A stretch of 64,000 bases of DNA from Alphaproteobacteria bacterium (GTDB lineage: Bacteria > Pseudomonadota > Alphaproteobacteria > UBA6615), in assembly GCA_965261975.1 (NCBI GenBank), contig CBDHEC010000008.1, positions 3,095 through 67,094 of the forward strand, given 5' to 3'. Shown piece by piece: positions 9,719-19,782 of this stretch (positions are counted from its first letter, which is position 1; each line of letters starts with the position of its first letter). Under the pieces are notes generated by a model. That model was not told where the DNA came from. It did no database searches and was given only the letters and a program-made list of their open reading frames with translations. The position numbers and the translations under genes are program-made.

Positions 9719-9730
9719 AAACCCGTCCGC

Positions 9731-12571
9731 CTACTCGGCGGCCTCCTGATGACCGTCGACCGCCGCGGCGCAGCGGCCGCAGACATCCGGATGGGCATGC
9801 TCACCTACATCGGTGAGGACCTGCCAGCAACGCGCGCATTTCTCGCCATCTGCGAGCCCCGGCTCGACGCCAATTGTCTCCACCTCCGGCAATTTGAATG
9901 CCGATGCCGGCGCCTCACCCTCGACCAGCGTGCCACCGGATGTGATGAAAATTTCCGCCAGGTCGAGGCCCGCCATCGCGGCAACGGTTTCGCCGTCGGC
10001 ATAGACGGTCGGTGCCGCTTGCAGGCTGGAACCGATGCGCTTCTCCGCGCGCTCGATCTCGAGTGCCCCGGTCACAACGCGCCGCAGGGTCCGGATTTTT
10101 TCCCACTTGGCCGCCAACGCGTCGTCGCGCCAGTCATCCGGCGCTTCGGGGAAGGTCCGCAAGTGAACGGATTCGGCATCGGCCTCGCTCCGTCCCGACA
10201 ACCAGGCCTCTTCCGCCGTAAAGCACAGGATCGGCGCCAGCCAGGCGGTCAGATGCGAGAACAGGGCGTCCAGAACCGTGCGCGCCGCCCGGCGGCGCAG
10301 GCTATCGCTGGCATCGCAATAAAGCGCGTCCTTGCGAATATCGAAATAGAAAGCGGAGAGTTCGACCGCGCAGAAATTATGCAACGCCGTCCACTGCGTG
10401 TGGAACTCGAAATCGTCCGTCGTCTGTCGAACCAGCGCATCCATTTCGTGGATTCGGTGAAGGACCCAGCGCTCCAGCTCCGGCATGTCGGCAACGGGCA
10501 CGCGCTCGCTCGCGTCGAACCCGTCGAGATTGCCCAGCAGGAAACGCAACGTATTCCGGATTCGCCGGTAGAGGTCGGCCTGATGCTTGAGGATTTCCGG
10601 GCCCAGCCGCAGATCCTCGGAATAGTCGGAACTGACCACCCAGATGCGCAGGATGTCCGCGCCGAGACTATCCACCGTGTCTTGAGGAGAGACGTCGGTG
10701 CCGCGTGACTTCGACATCTTGCGGCCGTCCTCGGCCATGACGAAGCCATGGGTGAGGACGGCGTCATACGGGGCACGGCCACGCGTGCCGCAGGATTCCA
10801 GCAGCGACGAATGGAACCAGCCGCGATGCTGGTCGGACCCTTCGAGATAAAGCGACGCGGGCCACTCGAGGTCATCGCGATCCTCGAGCACGAAGGCATG
10901 GGTCGAGCCCGAATCGAACCAGACGTCGACGATGTCGCGAACCTGTTCATACTCCTCGGCGTCGTAATCCTCGCCGAGAAAACGCGACGGCTCACTCGCA
11001 AACCAGGCATCGCCGCCCTCGGCCTCGAAGGCCTCGGCGATCCGGTCGAAAACCGCCTGGTCGCGCAGCAATTCGCCGCTCTGTTTGTGGACAAACACCG
11101 GAATCGGCACGCCCCAGGCGCGCTGGCGCGAAATACACCAATCGGGGCGGGATTCGATCATCGAACGCAGGCGGGTCTGCCCGGCCTGGGGCACGAACCG
11201 GGTCTCGCCGATCGCCGTCAGCGCCTTGTCGCGCAGATCGTTCGTCTCCATGGAGATGAACCACTGGGACGTGTTGCGGAAAATCAGAGGCGCCTTCGAG
11301 CGCCAGGAATGAGGATAGGAGTGTTCCAGACGGCGGCGGCCAAGCAGCGCATTCTCGCCTTCGAGCACGCTCATCACCGCGCCGTTGGCCTCGCCCTCCT
11401 CACCATCGGCGGTCAGGACGGCCATGCCTGCGAACAACGGAACATGGGCAAAATAGCAGCCGGCCTCATCGACCATGTCCGGCACCGCCAGAGCATGGGC
11501 ACGGCCCAGATGGAAATCGTCCTCACCATGGCTCGGCGCAATATGAACGAAGCCCGTGCCCTGCTCGGTCGTGACGAAATCGGCCTCATAGACCGGAACT
11601 TCATGATCGAAGCCCTTCTGGTGCAACGGGTGCGCGCAAACGCTTCCCACGATCGCGCTGCCCTTGATGCGGGCGACTTCCTCGGACGCCTCGATGCCCA
11701 TTTCCTGGCACGCGGTTTCGCGCAACGCGTCAGCCATGACCAGTTCGTCACCGACCTGGACCCGGCTCTTCTCGCCGACTGCCGTAACCCGCACGCGCAG
11801 ATATTCCAGATCGGCCCCGACCGCGATCGCCCGGTTGCCCGGGATGGTCCACGGCGTCGTGGTCCAGATCACAATCGCCGCACCATCGAGCGCCGGGTCC
11901 GCGGGAGCGGTGACCGGGAATCGTACATAGATCGACGGCGAGGTGTGATCTTCATATTCGACTTCGGCGTCCGCGAGTGCCGTCTTCTCCACCACCGACC
12001 AAAGCACCGGGCGTGCGCCGCGATACAGGCCGCCATTCATCGCAAACTTCGAAATCTCGCGGGCGATCTGGGCCTCGGCCGCAAACGCCATGGTCGTATA
12101 GGGCTGGTCCCAGTTGCCGATAACGCCGAGGCGCTGGAATTCATCCGACTGGATGCCGACCCAGTTCTCGGCGAACTCGCGGCATTCGTTGCGGAATTCG
12201 AGGATCGGCACGTCGTCCTTGTTCTGGCCCTCGGCGCGATACTTCTCTTCGATCTTCCACTCGATCGGCAGGCCGTGGCAATCCCAGCCCGGCACATAGT
12301 TGGAATCCTTGCCCATCATCTGCTGGGAACGGCTGATAACGTCTTTGAGAATCTTGTTCAGCGCGTGCCCGATATGAAGATGCCCATTCGCATAAGGCGG
12401 GCCGTCATGCAGCACGAACGGCGGTCGCCCGGCCGACTCGGCGCGCTGGCGCGCGAACAGATCGAGCTCAGCCCAGCGGGCGAGCAGCTCGGGTTCCTTC
12501 TTCGGCAACCCGGCGCGCATCGGAAATTCGGTCTTCGGAAGGAAGACGGTGTCCTTGTAATCAATGGTCAT
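9731..12571 (-). CDS. ileS: Isoleucine--tRNA ligase
   Basis: 946 aa with class I HIGH motif (PYANGHLHIGHALN) and KMSKS. C-terminal Zn-binding Cys cluster. Confidence 0.95.
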   Translation of the reverse strand: MTIDYKDTVFLPKTEFPMRAGLPKKEPELLARWAELDLFARQRAESAGRPPFVLHDGPPYANGHLHIGHALNKILKDVISRSQQMMGKDSNYVPGWDCHGLPIEWKIEEKYRAEGQNKDDVPILEFRNECREFAENWVGIQSDEFQRLGVIGNWDQPYTTMAFAAEAQIAREISKFAMNGGLYRGARPVLWSVVEKTALADAEVEYEDHTSPSIYVRFPVTAPADPALDGAAIVIWTTTPWTIPGNRAIAVGADLEYLRVRVTAVGEKSRVQVGDELVMADALRETACQEMGIEASEEVARIKGSAIVGSVCAHPLHQKGFDHEVPVYEADFVTTEQGTGFVHIAPSHGEDDFHLGRAHALAVPDMVDEAGCYFAHVPLFAGMAVLTADGEEGEANGAVMSVLEGENALLGRRRLEHSYPHSWRSKAPLIFRNTSQWFISMETNDLRDKALTAIGETRFVPQAGQTRLRSMIESRPDWCISRQRAWGVPIPVFVHKQSGELLRDQAVFDRIAEAFEAEGGDAWFASEPSRFLGEDYDAEEYEQVRDIVDVWFDSGSTHAFVLEDRDDLEWPASLYLEGSDQHRGWFHSSLLESCGTRGRAPYDAVLTHGFVMAEDGRKMSKSRGTDVSPQDTVDSLGADILRIWVVSSDYSEDLRLGPEILKHQADLYRRIRNTLRFLLGNLDGFDASERVPVADMPELERWVLHRIHEMDALVRQTTDDFEFHTQWTALHNFCAVELSAFYFDIRKDALYCDASDSLRRRAARTVLDALFSHLTAWLAPILCFTAEEAWLSGRSEADAESVHLRTFPEAPDDWRDDALAAKWEKIRTLRRVVTGALEIERAEKRIGSSLQAAPTVYADGETVAAMAGLDLAEIFITSGGTLVEGEAPASAFKLPEVETIGVEPGLADGEKCARCWQVLTDVGEHAHPDVCGRCAAAVDGHQEAAE

Positions 12572-12644
12572 ATTCTATTCCCAGGCGACCGGGCGGCTTA
12601 TAGAGCCGCCTGCACTTGACGGCAACAGCCGGACATCCGGTGTT

Positions 12645-13623
12645 TTACATATCCTCGCCGATAAAATCACCCGCGCCGAGCGCGCGGGCCTGCAACAACT
12701 CACGCGCCTGGCGTGAATCTTCGGCGATTTGCGCCTTCAACGCATCGATTCCATCGAATTTCTGCTCCGGCCGCAGGAAGTCGACGAAGGCCACACGCAG
12801 ATACCGTCCGTAGATATCTTCGTCGAAATCGAACAAATGTGCTTCGAGGACCAGTGTCTCACCGTCGACGGTCGGCCGCACGCCGATATTCGCAACGCCG
12901 TCATACCAGCGGATGGTCTCGCCATCCCGCACGCCGCCACGAATCGAATAGACACCGCGCGCCGGGCGGATGGCTTCACCGAGATCGACATTGGCGGTCG
13001 GAAACCCAATCGTCCGGCCCAGCTGACGACCGGTCCCGACCCGGCCTTCGACTTCCCAAAGATGCCCCAGCAACGCGGCGGCGCGTTGGGGCTGGCCGTT
13101 GGTCAGATATTTCCGGATCAGCGTGGACGAATAGACTTCGTTCACCTCGTCACGAGCCGGCTCGACGCAGGTGACTTCGAAGCCGAGCTCCTTGCCCCGC
13201 GCCGCGAGCAAATCGAAATCACCGTCCCGACCCGACCCGAATTTGAAGTTGTAGCCGACGACGACATGCGCGGGTGCGATGCCCTGGTGCAGAAGTTCGG
13301 AGAGAAAATTCTCGGCCGTCCGTTGAGACAAGGCCTTGTTGAAGCGCAGCGTGAAGAGCAGCTCGACCCCCAGCGCCTGAAATTCACGGACCTTGATTCG
13401 GAACGGCGGTCAGCCGAAACGGCGCGTCAACACGGCCAAAAAATGCGCGCGGGTGCGGTTCGAACGTCAGGACACCGAACTGGCGAGACTGCGTGCGTGC
13501 AATATCCCGCGCGGTCGCGATCACCTGCTGGTGGCCACGGTGCAACCCGTCAAAATTTCCGATGGCGACGACCGCCCCCTTGGCGGAGTCCGGAAGTTCG
13601 CCCACATGTCTGAAAATCCGCAT
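12645..13623 (-). CDS. ribF: Bifunctional riboflavin kinase/FMN adenylyltransferase RibF, split by an apparent 1-nt frameshift near 13345-13375
   Basis: ORF 13384..13623 encodes the FAD-synthetase N-terminus (GNFDGLHRGHQ). ORF 12645..13331 continues RibF (VVVGYNFKFG...), and its frame extends upstream as EFQALGVELLFTLRFNKALSQR with no gap. The two parts sit in different frames. Confidence 0.8.
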
Positions 13624-13714
13624 GCGCGGGATTTACGCGCCGACCGGTCGTCGATCAAGCCTGACCGTTCGCCTCGACCGCGCGTTGCAGCTCCGCCGCG
13701 TGGCCCAAAAGGGC

Positions 13715-14215
13715 TCAGGCGCCGTTCTTGGCCCGGCGTGGCACCAGCACTTCCGCCTCGCCGGAGATCACGACAGTGCTCCCGACCGTGCAGACGGTTT
13801 CCAGCGTGACCCGGGATTTCTCCGGATTCGTGTCGACGACGGTGGCGCGCGCGGTCACCGTGTCCCCGGGGCGGACCGGCGCCTTGAACTTGAGAGACTG
13901 GCTGATATAGACGCAGCCCGGGCCCGGCAGCCGGGTGCCGACGACCGTGGAGATGAAGCTCGAACACAGCATGCCGTGGGCGATCGTGCCCTCGAACATC
14001 GTCCGCTCCGCATATTCCTCATTCAGGTGCATCGGATTGGTGTCGCCTGAGATGCCAGCAAACATGACCAGATCGGCAGGACCGATCGTCCGCGCATATG
14101 CCGCGGTCATTCCCGGTTCAAGATCCTCGAAAAAATACCCGCTCAGTTCTTCGATCGGATCGGCAGAAACGGGGGCCTGGGGCTTTGCGACCGGCGCAAT
14201 AACATCAACCGACAT
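13715..14215 (-). CDS. MaoC-like (R)-specific enoyl-CoA hydratase/dehydratase (hotdog fold)
   Basis: MaoC dehydratase signature region GISGDTNPMHLNEEYA...GTIAHG. Probable start MSVDVIAP, internal to the listed 188-aa ORF. Confidence 0.8.
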   Translation of the reverse strand: MSVDVIAPVAKPQAPVSADPIEELSGYFFEDLEPGMTAAYARTIGPADLVMFAGISGDTNPMHLNEEYAERTMFEGTIAHGMLCSSFISTVVGTRLPGPGCVYISQSLKFKAPVRPGDTVTARATVVDTNPEKSRVTLETVCTVGSTVVISGEAEVLVPRRAKNGA

Positions 14216-14409
14216 GTGGGAAACCTCTGGACTGATTTGTGCAATGCAAAACATGGTGCACCGCACTATTGCGAAACGCAAGGCTTCCCGAACAAAATGT
14301 TAATTCATTGTTTTGATTGTATTTTTTTCGACATTTCGGAAGATCGTTGCGACTCAAAGGAATGCTTCGCCGCAATAGAAACTTTGTGCCCCGCAACAAG
14401 AACCCTGCC

Positions 14410-15834
14410 TCACGCGTCTCCGGCCCGGGGATCGATCGGCACCTGGCCACGCAGTCCGAAGACTTCCTCGGCCGCGGCGGCCATCGAAAGCAACGACGCT
14501 TCGCTCCGGGGCGGGGCAACAAGCTGCAAACCGACGGGTAGTCCGCTCGATGTAAACCCACAAGGCACCGAGATGGCCGGACAACCGGTCAGCGTGATGG
14601 CCGCTACGATGTAAAGCCAATCGACATAGTTGTCGAAGCGATGATCGCCGACACTCTCCACATAGCGGATGTCCACATCGAAGGGCGGCACGATGGCGAC
14701 GGGACAGGCCAATACATCATGACTCTCGAACCAAAGCGCGGCCCGCTCGCTCAGCCGGGCGCGTTCATTCAGCGCGCGGCCGATCTCGCCCGCGGTCAGC
14801 TTCATGCCCTTCTCGATGTTCCAGATCATTTCCGGCTTGAGCTTATCGCGATGATTCTCGAGCAATGATGCCCGACCGGTCACGAACAATGCCGCGCGCA
14901 ATACCTGGAACGTGTCCAGCGCGCCGGTGAAATCCGGGCAGGAATCTTCGACCGCCGCACCCGCGCCCGCGAGTTTTTCTGCCGCTGCACGGCAGATATC
15001 AGCCACTTCCTTGTCCACGGGGCCGATCCCGAGATCGGGCGAGAAACCGATTCGTTTCGGCAGAACGGGACTCAGCGCCGCGGATTCAAACGACGTCTCC
15101 GGCGTCGGCAGGGCCATCGGAAAATAGGGATCGAGCCCGGTTTCCGCGTCGAGCATCAGCGCCATATCGGCCACATCCCGCCCCATGGGACCGTTGACCG
15201 ACAATGTCTGGAAGGGGTCGCTGCCCGGACCGCTCGCCACGCGGCCGGGCGTGGGCCGCATGCCGACGACCGAACAAAAGCTTGCCGGTGTGCGCAGGGA
15301 CCCCCCCAGATCCGAACCGGTCGCGAGCCACGTCATGCCGGTCGCAAGCGCCACGGCCGCACCACCCGACGAACCGCCGCAGGTCATATCCGTGTTCCAT
15401 GGATTGCGGGTCTTGCCGAACACTTCGTTGAACGTGTTCGCCCCGGCGCCGAATTCCGGCGTGTTGGACTTGCCCATGACAATCGCGCCGTTGCGCTTCA
15501 GCCGGGCGACCATCAGATCATCCCTGTCGGGCACATGATCGGCAAAAATGGGCGAGCCGTAGGTGGTTCGGACCCCGGCGACATCACTCAGGTCCTTGAC
15601 CAGGATCGGTAATCCCGCCAGCCATCCGGGGCCCGGATCCGCCGGGGTTTCCACCTTTTCCGCCGCTTCGCGAGCCATATCGAGACACAGCGTGGGGACC
15701 GCATTGACCGCAGGATCGACGGACGCAATCCTGTCTGCAGCGGCATCAACCAGTTCACGCGGCGACACCTCACCACGCCGCAACAATCCCACCGCCTCAC
15801 GTGCGCTCAGCGATATCAGGTCCGAAGATGTCAT
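14410..15834 (-). CDS. Amidase (amidase-signature family)
   Basis: 474 aa with CGGSSGGAAVALATGM amidase-signature Ser/Gly-rich motif and Ser-cisSer-Lys context. Confidence 0.85.
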   Translation of the reverse strand: MTSSDLISLSAREAVGLLRRGEVSPRELVDAAADRIASVDPAVNAVPTLCLDMAREAAEKVETPADPGPGWLAGLPILVKDLSDVAGVRTTYGSPIFADHVPDRDDLMVARLKRNGAIVMGKSNTPEFGAGANTFNEVFGKTRNPWNTDMTCGGSSGGAAVALATGMTWLATGSDLGGSLRTPASFCSVVGMRPTPGRVASGPGSDPFQTLSVNGPMGRDVADMALMLDAETGLDPYFPMALPTPETSFESAALSPVLPKRIGFSPDLGIGPVDKEVADICRAAAEKLAGAGAAVEDSCPDFTGALDTFQVLRAALFVTGRASLLENHRDKLKPEMIWNIEKGMKLTAGEIGRALNERARLSERAALWFESHDVLACPVAIVPPFDVDIRYVESVGDHRFDNYVDWLYIVAAITLTGCPAISVPCGFTSSGLPVGLQLVAPPRSEASLLSMAAAAEEVFGLRGQVPIDPRAGDA

Positions 15835-15915
15835 TCACCACTCCTAAACATTTACCGGTGCATACTAGCAAAGGCTTGCGGGCAATGGGCCCGAACCGTT
15901 CAACGGATAGAGACA

Positions 15916-16134
15916 ATGGCTGTTCGCTTACCGAAGATTCCCAAGGTGCGTGTCCGCGCCGACCTGGTGTTGCAGGGTGGCTCAGGGATGCGCGGGCAAG
16001 TGTTCGTCGAGGCAACGTCACGCATTCAGGATCTCCTGAATGCGCCGGAGCCGTTTTTCCCGTTCGTCGATGCATCGGGCATCGTTCACCTGATCAACAA
16101 GAACGCCGTCGTACAGATCACCCCGCACGACTAG
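15916..16134 (+). CDS. Small hypothetical protein (72 aa)
   Basis: Good high-GC third-position codon usage. Non-overlapping, and lies 26 nt upstream of the hydrolase gene. No family recognised. Confidence 0.45.
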   Translation: MAVRLPKIPKVRVRADLVLQGGSGMRGQVFVEATSRIQDLLNAPEPFFPFVDASGIVHLINKNAVVQITPHD

Positions 16135-16159
16135 TTCGCACCCAAGACTCGATCCGAGA

Positions 16160-16786
16160 ATGCTGACCGACGGCCCCCTCCAACCCCGGGCCCGGTTCCT
16201 GTTCACACATGGCGCGGGCGCGCCCATGGACACCGCGTTCATGGATGCGGTCGCGGAGGGTCTGGCCGCGGCTGAAATCCTGGTCCTCCGTTTCGAATTT
16301 CCCTACATGGCCAAGCGCCGAGATGACGGCAAACGCCGCGGGCCGGATCGCATGCCCGTCCTGCTCGAAACCTGGCATATGACGCTCGGCGGCCTGCCGC
16401 CGACGGACGTCCCGACATTGATCGGCGGCAAATCCATGGGCGGTCGCGCGGCAGCAACATTCGCCGCCGATCCGGACAATGCCAGCCTGGTCGATGGCGT
16501 GATCTGCCTGGGCTATCCCTTTCATCCCCCGGGGAAACCCGAGAAGACCCGCCTAGAGCCTCTTCGCGACGCGCAACGGCCCACCCTCATCATACAGGGC
16601 GAGCGCGACCGGTTCGGCACGCCGGAGGATGTCGCATCCTATGCGCTGACCGCGCCGATTGAGATCAGCTGGATTCCCGACGGCGATCATTCCCTCGTGC
16701 CCCGGAAATCCTCGGGACGGACGGAAAATCAAAATATCGAACTCGCTGTGCGCCAGATCACAGCCTTCGTGGACCGCATGCTTTAG
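16160..16786 (+). CDS. Alpha/beta-fold hydrolase, KANL3/Tex30-like (predicted dienelactone-hydrolase-like)
   Basis: 208 aa with a GGKSMGGR nucleophile elbow and a short alpha/beta fold typical of this bacterial family. Confidence 0.7.
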   Translation: MLTDGPLQPRARFLFTHGAGAPMDTAFMDAVAEGLAAAEILVLRFEFPYMAKRRDDGKRRGPDRMPVLLETWHMTLGGLPPTDVPTLIGGKSMGGRAAATFAADPDNASLVDGVICLGYPFHPPGKPEKTRLEPLRDAQRPTLIIQGERDRFGTPEDVASYALTAPIEISWIPDGDHSLVPRKSSGRTENQNIELAVRQITAFVDRML

Positions 16787-16890
16787 GCGTGTCGTAAGCC
16801 CACCAACGCTGGACTTCACACAACGCAGCAATGTTATAAAGTCGCCAGATTATCGCGGTATCTCAAGACCGCGTCGGGGAGAAAGTTTCT

Positions 16891-17952
16891 TTGATGGACA
16901 GTTCATCATCAAGCATGCGGGCCCGTCGTTTCGCCGCGGCGATGACCGTCCTGTGTTCATTGTTTCTGGCCGGACCGGCGGCCGCGGATTTCGGCAAGGC
17001 ATTCGATCTTTACGTCGCCAAGGAGTTCGACCAAGCACGCCGGCTGGTCGAGCCGGACGCTGCGCGCGGCAACCCCGCCGCCCAATGGCTGCTGGGCACC
17101 ATGTATTTGCTCGGCCGGGGCTTCGATGAGAATCCGGAGGTCGCACGTGACTGGCTGGAGAAATCTGCATCATCGAATTATCCGCCCGCCCAGGCTGTTC
17201 TCGGCCGTATGTATGAGCAGGGCATCGGCGGCGTGCGTGACGCCGAAGAAGCCCATATCCTCTACCGGATGTCCGCCGAACAGGGATACGCCGACGCAGC
17301 CTATCTGCTCGGTCGGCAATATTATCGCGGCGAGGGTGTCCGCAAGGACGGGAAGAACGCCGTCAAATGGCTGACCATCGCCGCCGACGACGGCAATGCC
17401 GATGCACAGTATTTGGGCTCGCGCATCCTGCTGACCGACGAGATTGTCCGCAGCAATCCCGAACAGGCCGCCGAATGGCTGGCCGAAGCCGCGCGCGCCG
17501 GCCACGCAAAAGCGCAACTGCTCTTCGGCAACACCCTCATGCTCGGGCTTGCCGGAGACTACGATCCCGAAAAGGCGCTGACCTGGATCAAGCGGTCCGC
17601 AGAGAGCGGGCTGGCGGAGGCTCAGCTCCGGCTCGGCGACCTCTACAATTCCGGCGTCGGCAAAGAACCCGACTTCGAGCGCGCCTATGAGTGGTGGATC
17701 CGCGCGGCCACCCAGTCCGACGCCGCAGCACAGCTTCGCCTGGCTCGGGCCCATTCGAAGGGTGCGGGCACCGAGGAGGACCCTCTCGTGGCCTATATCT
17801 GGGCGTCCCTGTCGGCCCTCCATGGCAACGAGGCCGCGCGCGAGTTGCGCAAGCGCGTCATCTCCCGGCTGACGCCGGAGGAAATCGAGGAGGCCGACCG
17901 CCTCGTCGAGGCGCGATTCCAGGCCGATGCGGCCGCAGCCGGCAGCAGCTAG
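16891..17952 (+). CDS. Secreted Sel1-like repeat (SLR/TPR-like) protein
   Basis: Signal peptide AAMTVLCSLFLAGPAAA. Multiple ~36-aa repeats with A-x-x-A-Q/GN-L-G-x-Y-x-x-G-x-G-V-x-x-D consensus. Confidence 0.8.
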   Translation: MMDSSSSSMRARRFAAAMTVLCSLFLAGPAAADFGKAFDLYVAKEFDQARRLVEPDAARGNPAAQWLLGTMYLLGRGFDENPEVARDWLEKSASSNYPPAQAVLGRMYEQGIGGVRDAEEAHILYRMSAEQGYADAAYLLGRQYYRGEGVRKDGKNAVKWLTIAADDGNADAQYLGSRILLTDEIVRSNPEQAAEWLAEAARAGHAKAQLLFGNTLMLGLAGDYDPEKALTWIKRSAESGLAEAQLRLGDLYNSGVGKEPDFERAYEWWIRAATQSDAAAQLRLARAHSKGAGTEEDPLVAYIWASLSALHGNEAARELRKRVISRLTPEEIEEADRLVEARFQADAAAAGSS

Positions 17953-18014
17953 CGCCGGGCGAATGCACTTGCCCCTTCTCCGCGCCCGCGATCTGCGGTA
18001 GCTTCCGCGCCGTT

Positions 18015-19076
18015 TTGGGCAGCATTCATCAAATCGCCAATCTCGCCTTGCGACCGCTCCCCACAGAGACCGGTCACGGCCTCGCGCTGCGCGGCCTGTC
18101 CGCCGGTCTCGGTCCGCGCGAACGCGCCGATGACCTGCCCGCCCTCGACCAGACACTCTTCGGCCTGCGCTTCGCCAACCCAGTGGGTGTCTCGGCGGGC
18201 TTCGACAAGAACGCCGTCGCCATCGCCGGCGTCGCGCACCTCGGCGGCGGCTTCATAGAAGTGGGGGGCGTCACCCCGTTGCCGCAGACAGGCAACCCGC
18301 GGCCACGGCTGTTCCGCCTGACGCCTGACCGGGCGGCAATCAACCGCATGGGTTTCAACAATGACGGTGCGGAGGCTGTCCTGCAGCGTCTCCTGCGCCA
18401 CAGAAGCAATGCCGACCGCCCGATCGGGGTCAACATGGCGGCAAACGCGACCAGCGACAACCCGGCGCAGGATTTCGTTGATCTGGTGACGCTCTTCTCC
18501 CCGGCCGTCGACTACCTGACGATCGACGTCTCCTGCCCGAACACCGAAAACGGCCAGGTCTTTCTCGAGCCGCGCGCGCTGGAAGATCTTCTCTCGCGAC
18601 TGAACACCGCGCGCGATGACACAGGCGCGCGTCCGGCCATGGTGGCGAAACTCGCCCCCGACCTCGAGGCCGCACATCTGACGGAACTGATCGAGATCAT
18701 CACGGCCGCGCATATCGACGCGATCACCCTGTGCAACACGACAACCGCGCGACCGGCTTCCCTGAAAAGCCCGCACGCGAATGAACGCGGCGGCCTGTCC
18801 GGCACGCCCCTGTTCGAGATGTCCAATGAGATGCTGCGCACAGTCTACCGGCAAACCGACGGTGCGATCCCTCTCATCGGTGTGGGTGGAATCATGAATG
18901 GTGCGGACGCCTATACCAAGATTCGTGCGGGCGCGAGCCTGGTGCAACTCTACACCGGGATGGTCTATGGCGGGCCGGGCCTTATTCAGGACATCAAACG
19001 CGATCTCGCTTCGTTCCTGGCGCGGGACGGCTATGCAAATGCTTCACACGCCGTCGGCAGCGAACACCGCGCGTGA
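18015..19076 (+). CDS. pyrD: Dihydroorotate dehydrogenase (quinone), class 2
   Basis: Strong PyrD similarity throughout (LFGLRFANPVGVSAGFDKN, NRMGFNNDG, FIEVGGVTP). Start inferred as in-frame TTG after the Sel1 stop; the listed longer ORF overlaps the Sel1 gene. Confidence 0.9.
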   Translation: MGSIHQIANLALRPLPTETGHGLALRGLSAGLGPRERADDLPALDQTLFGLRFANPVGVSAGFDKNAVAIAGVAHLGGGFIEVGGVTPLPQTGNPRPRLFRLTPDRAAINRMGFNNDGAEAVLQRLLRHRSNADRPIGVNMAANATSDNPAQDFVDLVTLFSPAVDYLTIDVSCPNTENGQVFLEPRALEDLLSRLNTARDDTGARPAMVAKLAPDLEAAHLTELIEIITAAHIDAITLCNTTTARPASLKSPHANERGGLSGTPLFEMSNEMLRTVYRQTDGAIPLIGVGGIMNGADAYTKIRAGASLVQLYTGMVYGGPGLIQDIKRDLASFLARDGYANASHAVGSEHRA

Positions 19077-19130
19077 CGATTAAGACGTGTGCCTCGCAAA
19101 CTGAGTGCAGACACATCAGCAGGACGCACG

Positions 19131-19574
19131 ATGCTTAAGAAACGTCGAGAAATTCTGATCATCGCATTCATCGCGGCGGCCGTTGTCCTCGCCGGCCGGT
19201 TCTTCGCCACCGAGACCACTGAATCCGCAACCACGGAAGCTTCAGATACCCCCTTCTCCACGATCAACCAGCGGGCTGAACCCGCTGAGCGACACGGCGA
19301 TGCGATTATCGTGTCCCTGGACGGCAGCGCGCCCAGCACGCCGGTTCGCGTGGGCAGCAACCAGTGCCTCCAGTGGTGGGGCGAGCACCCGAAAGCCTAC
19401 CGGGTCGAGGTCGCCGGGATCGACGGCGACGACTGGCAGCCAAACGAGGCATTCCTGGCAAAGAAAAAAGCCGGTAATCCCGAGTATAATTTCCCGGCCT
19501 GGTATCGCTTCTTCGCCGCAGACAATCGGCCCACGCAAATCTCCTATCAGGTGCTGCGCGGACTTTGCCAATAG
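19131..19574 (+). CDS. Hypothetical membrane-anchored periplasmic protein
   Basis: N-terminal TM helix ILIIAFIAAAVVLAG followed by a soluble domain with two conserved Cys. Good codon usage. No family recognised. Confidence 0.5.
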   Translation: MLKKRREILIIAFIAAAVVLAGRFFATETTESATTEASDTPFSTINQRAEPAERHGDAIIVSLDGSAPSTPVRVGSNQCLQWWGEHPKAYRVEVAGIDGDDWQPNEAFLAKKKAGNPEYNFPAWYRFFAADNRPTQISYQVLRGLCQ

Positions 19575-19782
19575 GCACGGTTGAAGAGGCGGCAAACCCC
19601 CGACTTTCAAGACCAAAACTTGTGCCGCGTTAAACGCGCCGTGAGCCGGGCTTCGCGTTGACTCCCCCCGGGTGGTTACCTACAGTCCGCGCGAAATTTG
19701 GCCGGGGTATGTTCCGGGCTTTTTCTGACCCCATAACAACCGTCCGGCGCAATGATTTAGGGCGCGCGAGGAGGCAAAACTC

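Noticed and set aside
12572-12644. FMN riboswitch or T-box leader near ribF/ileS
   Set aside because: The intergenic region is only ~70 nt with no conserved riboswitch core elements. FMN riboswitches normally precede ribB/ribD, not ribF.
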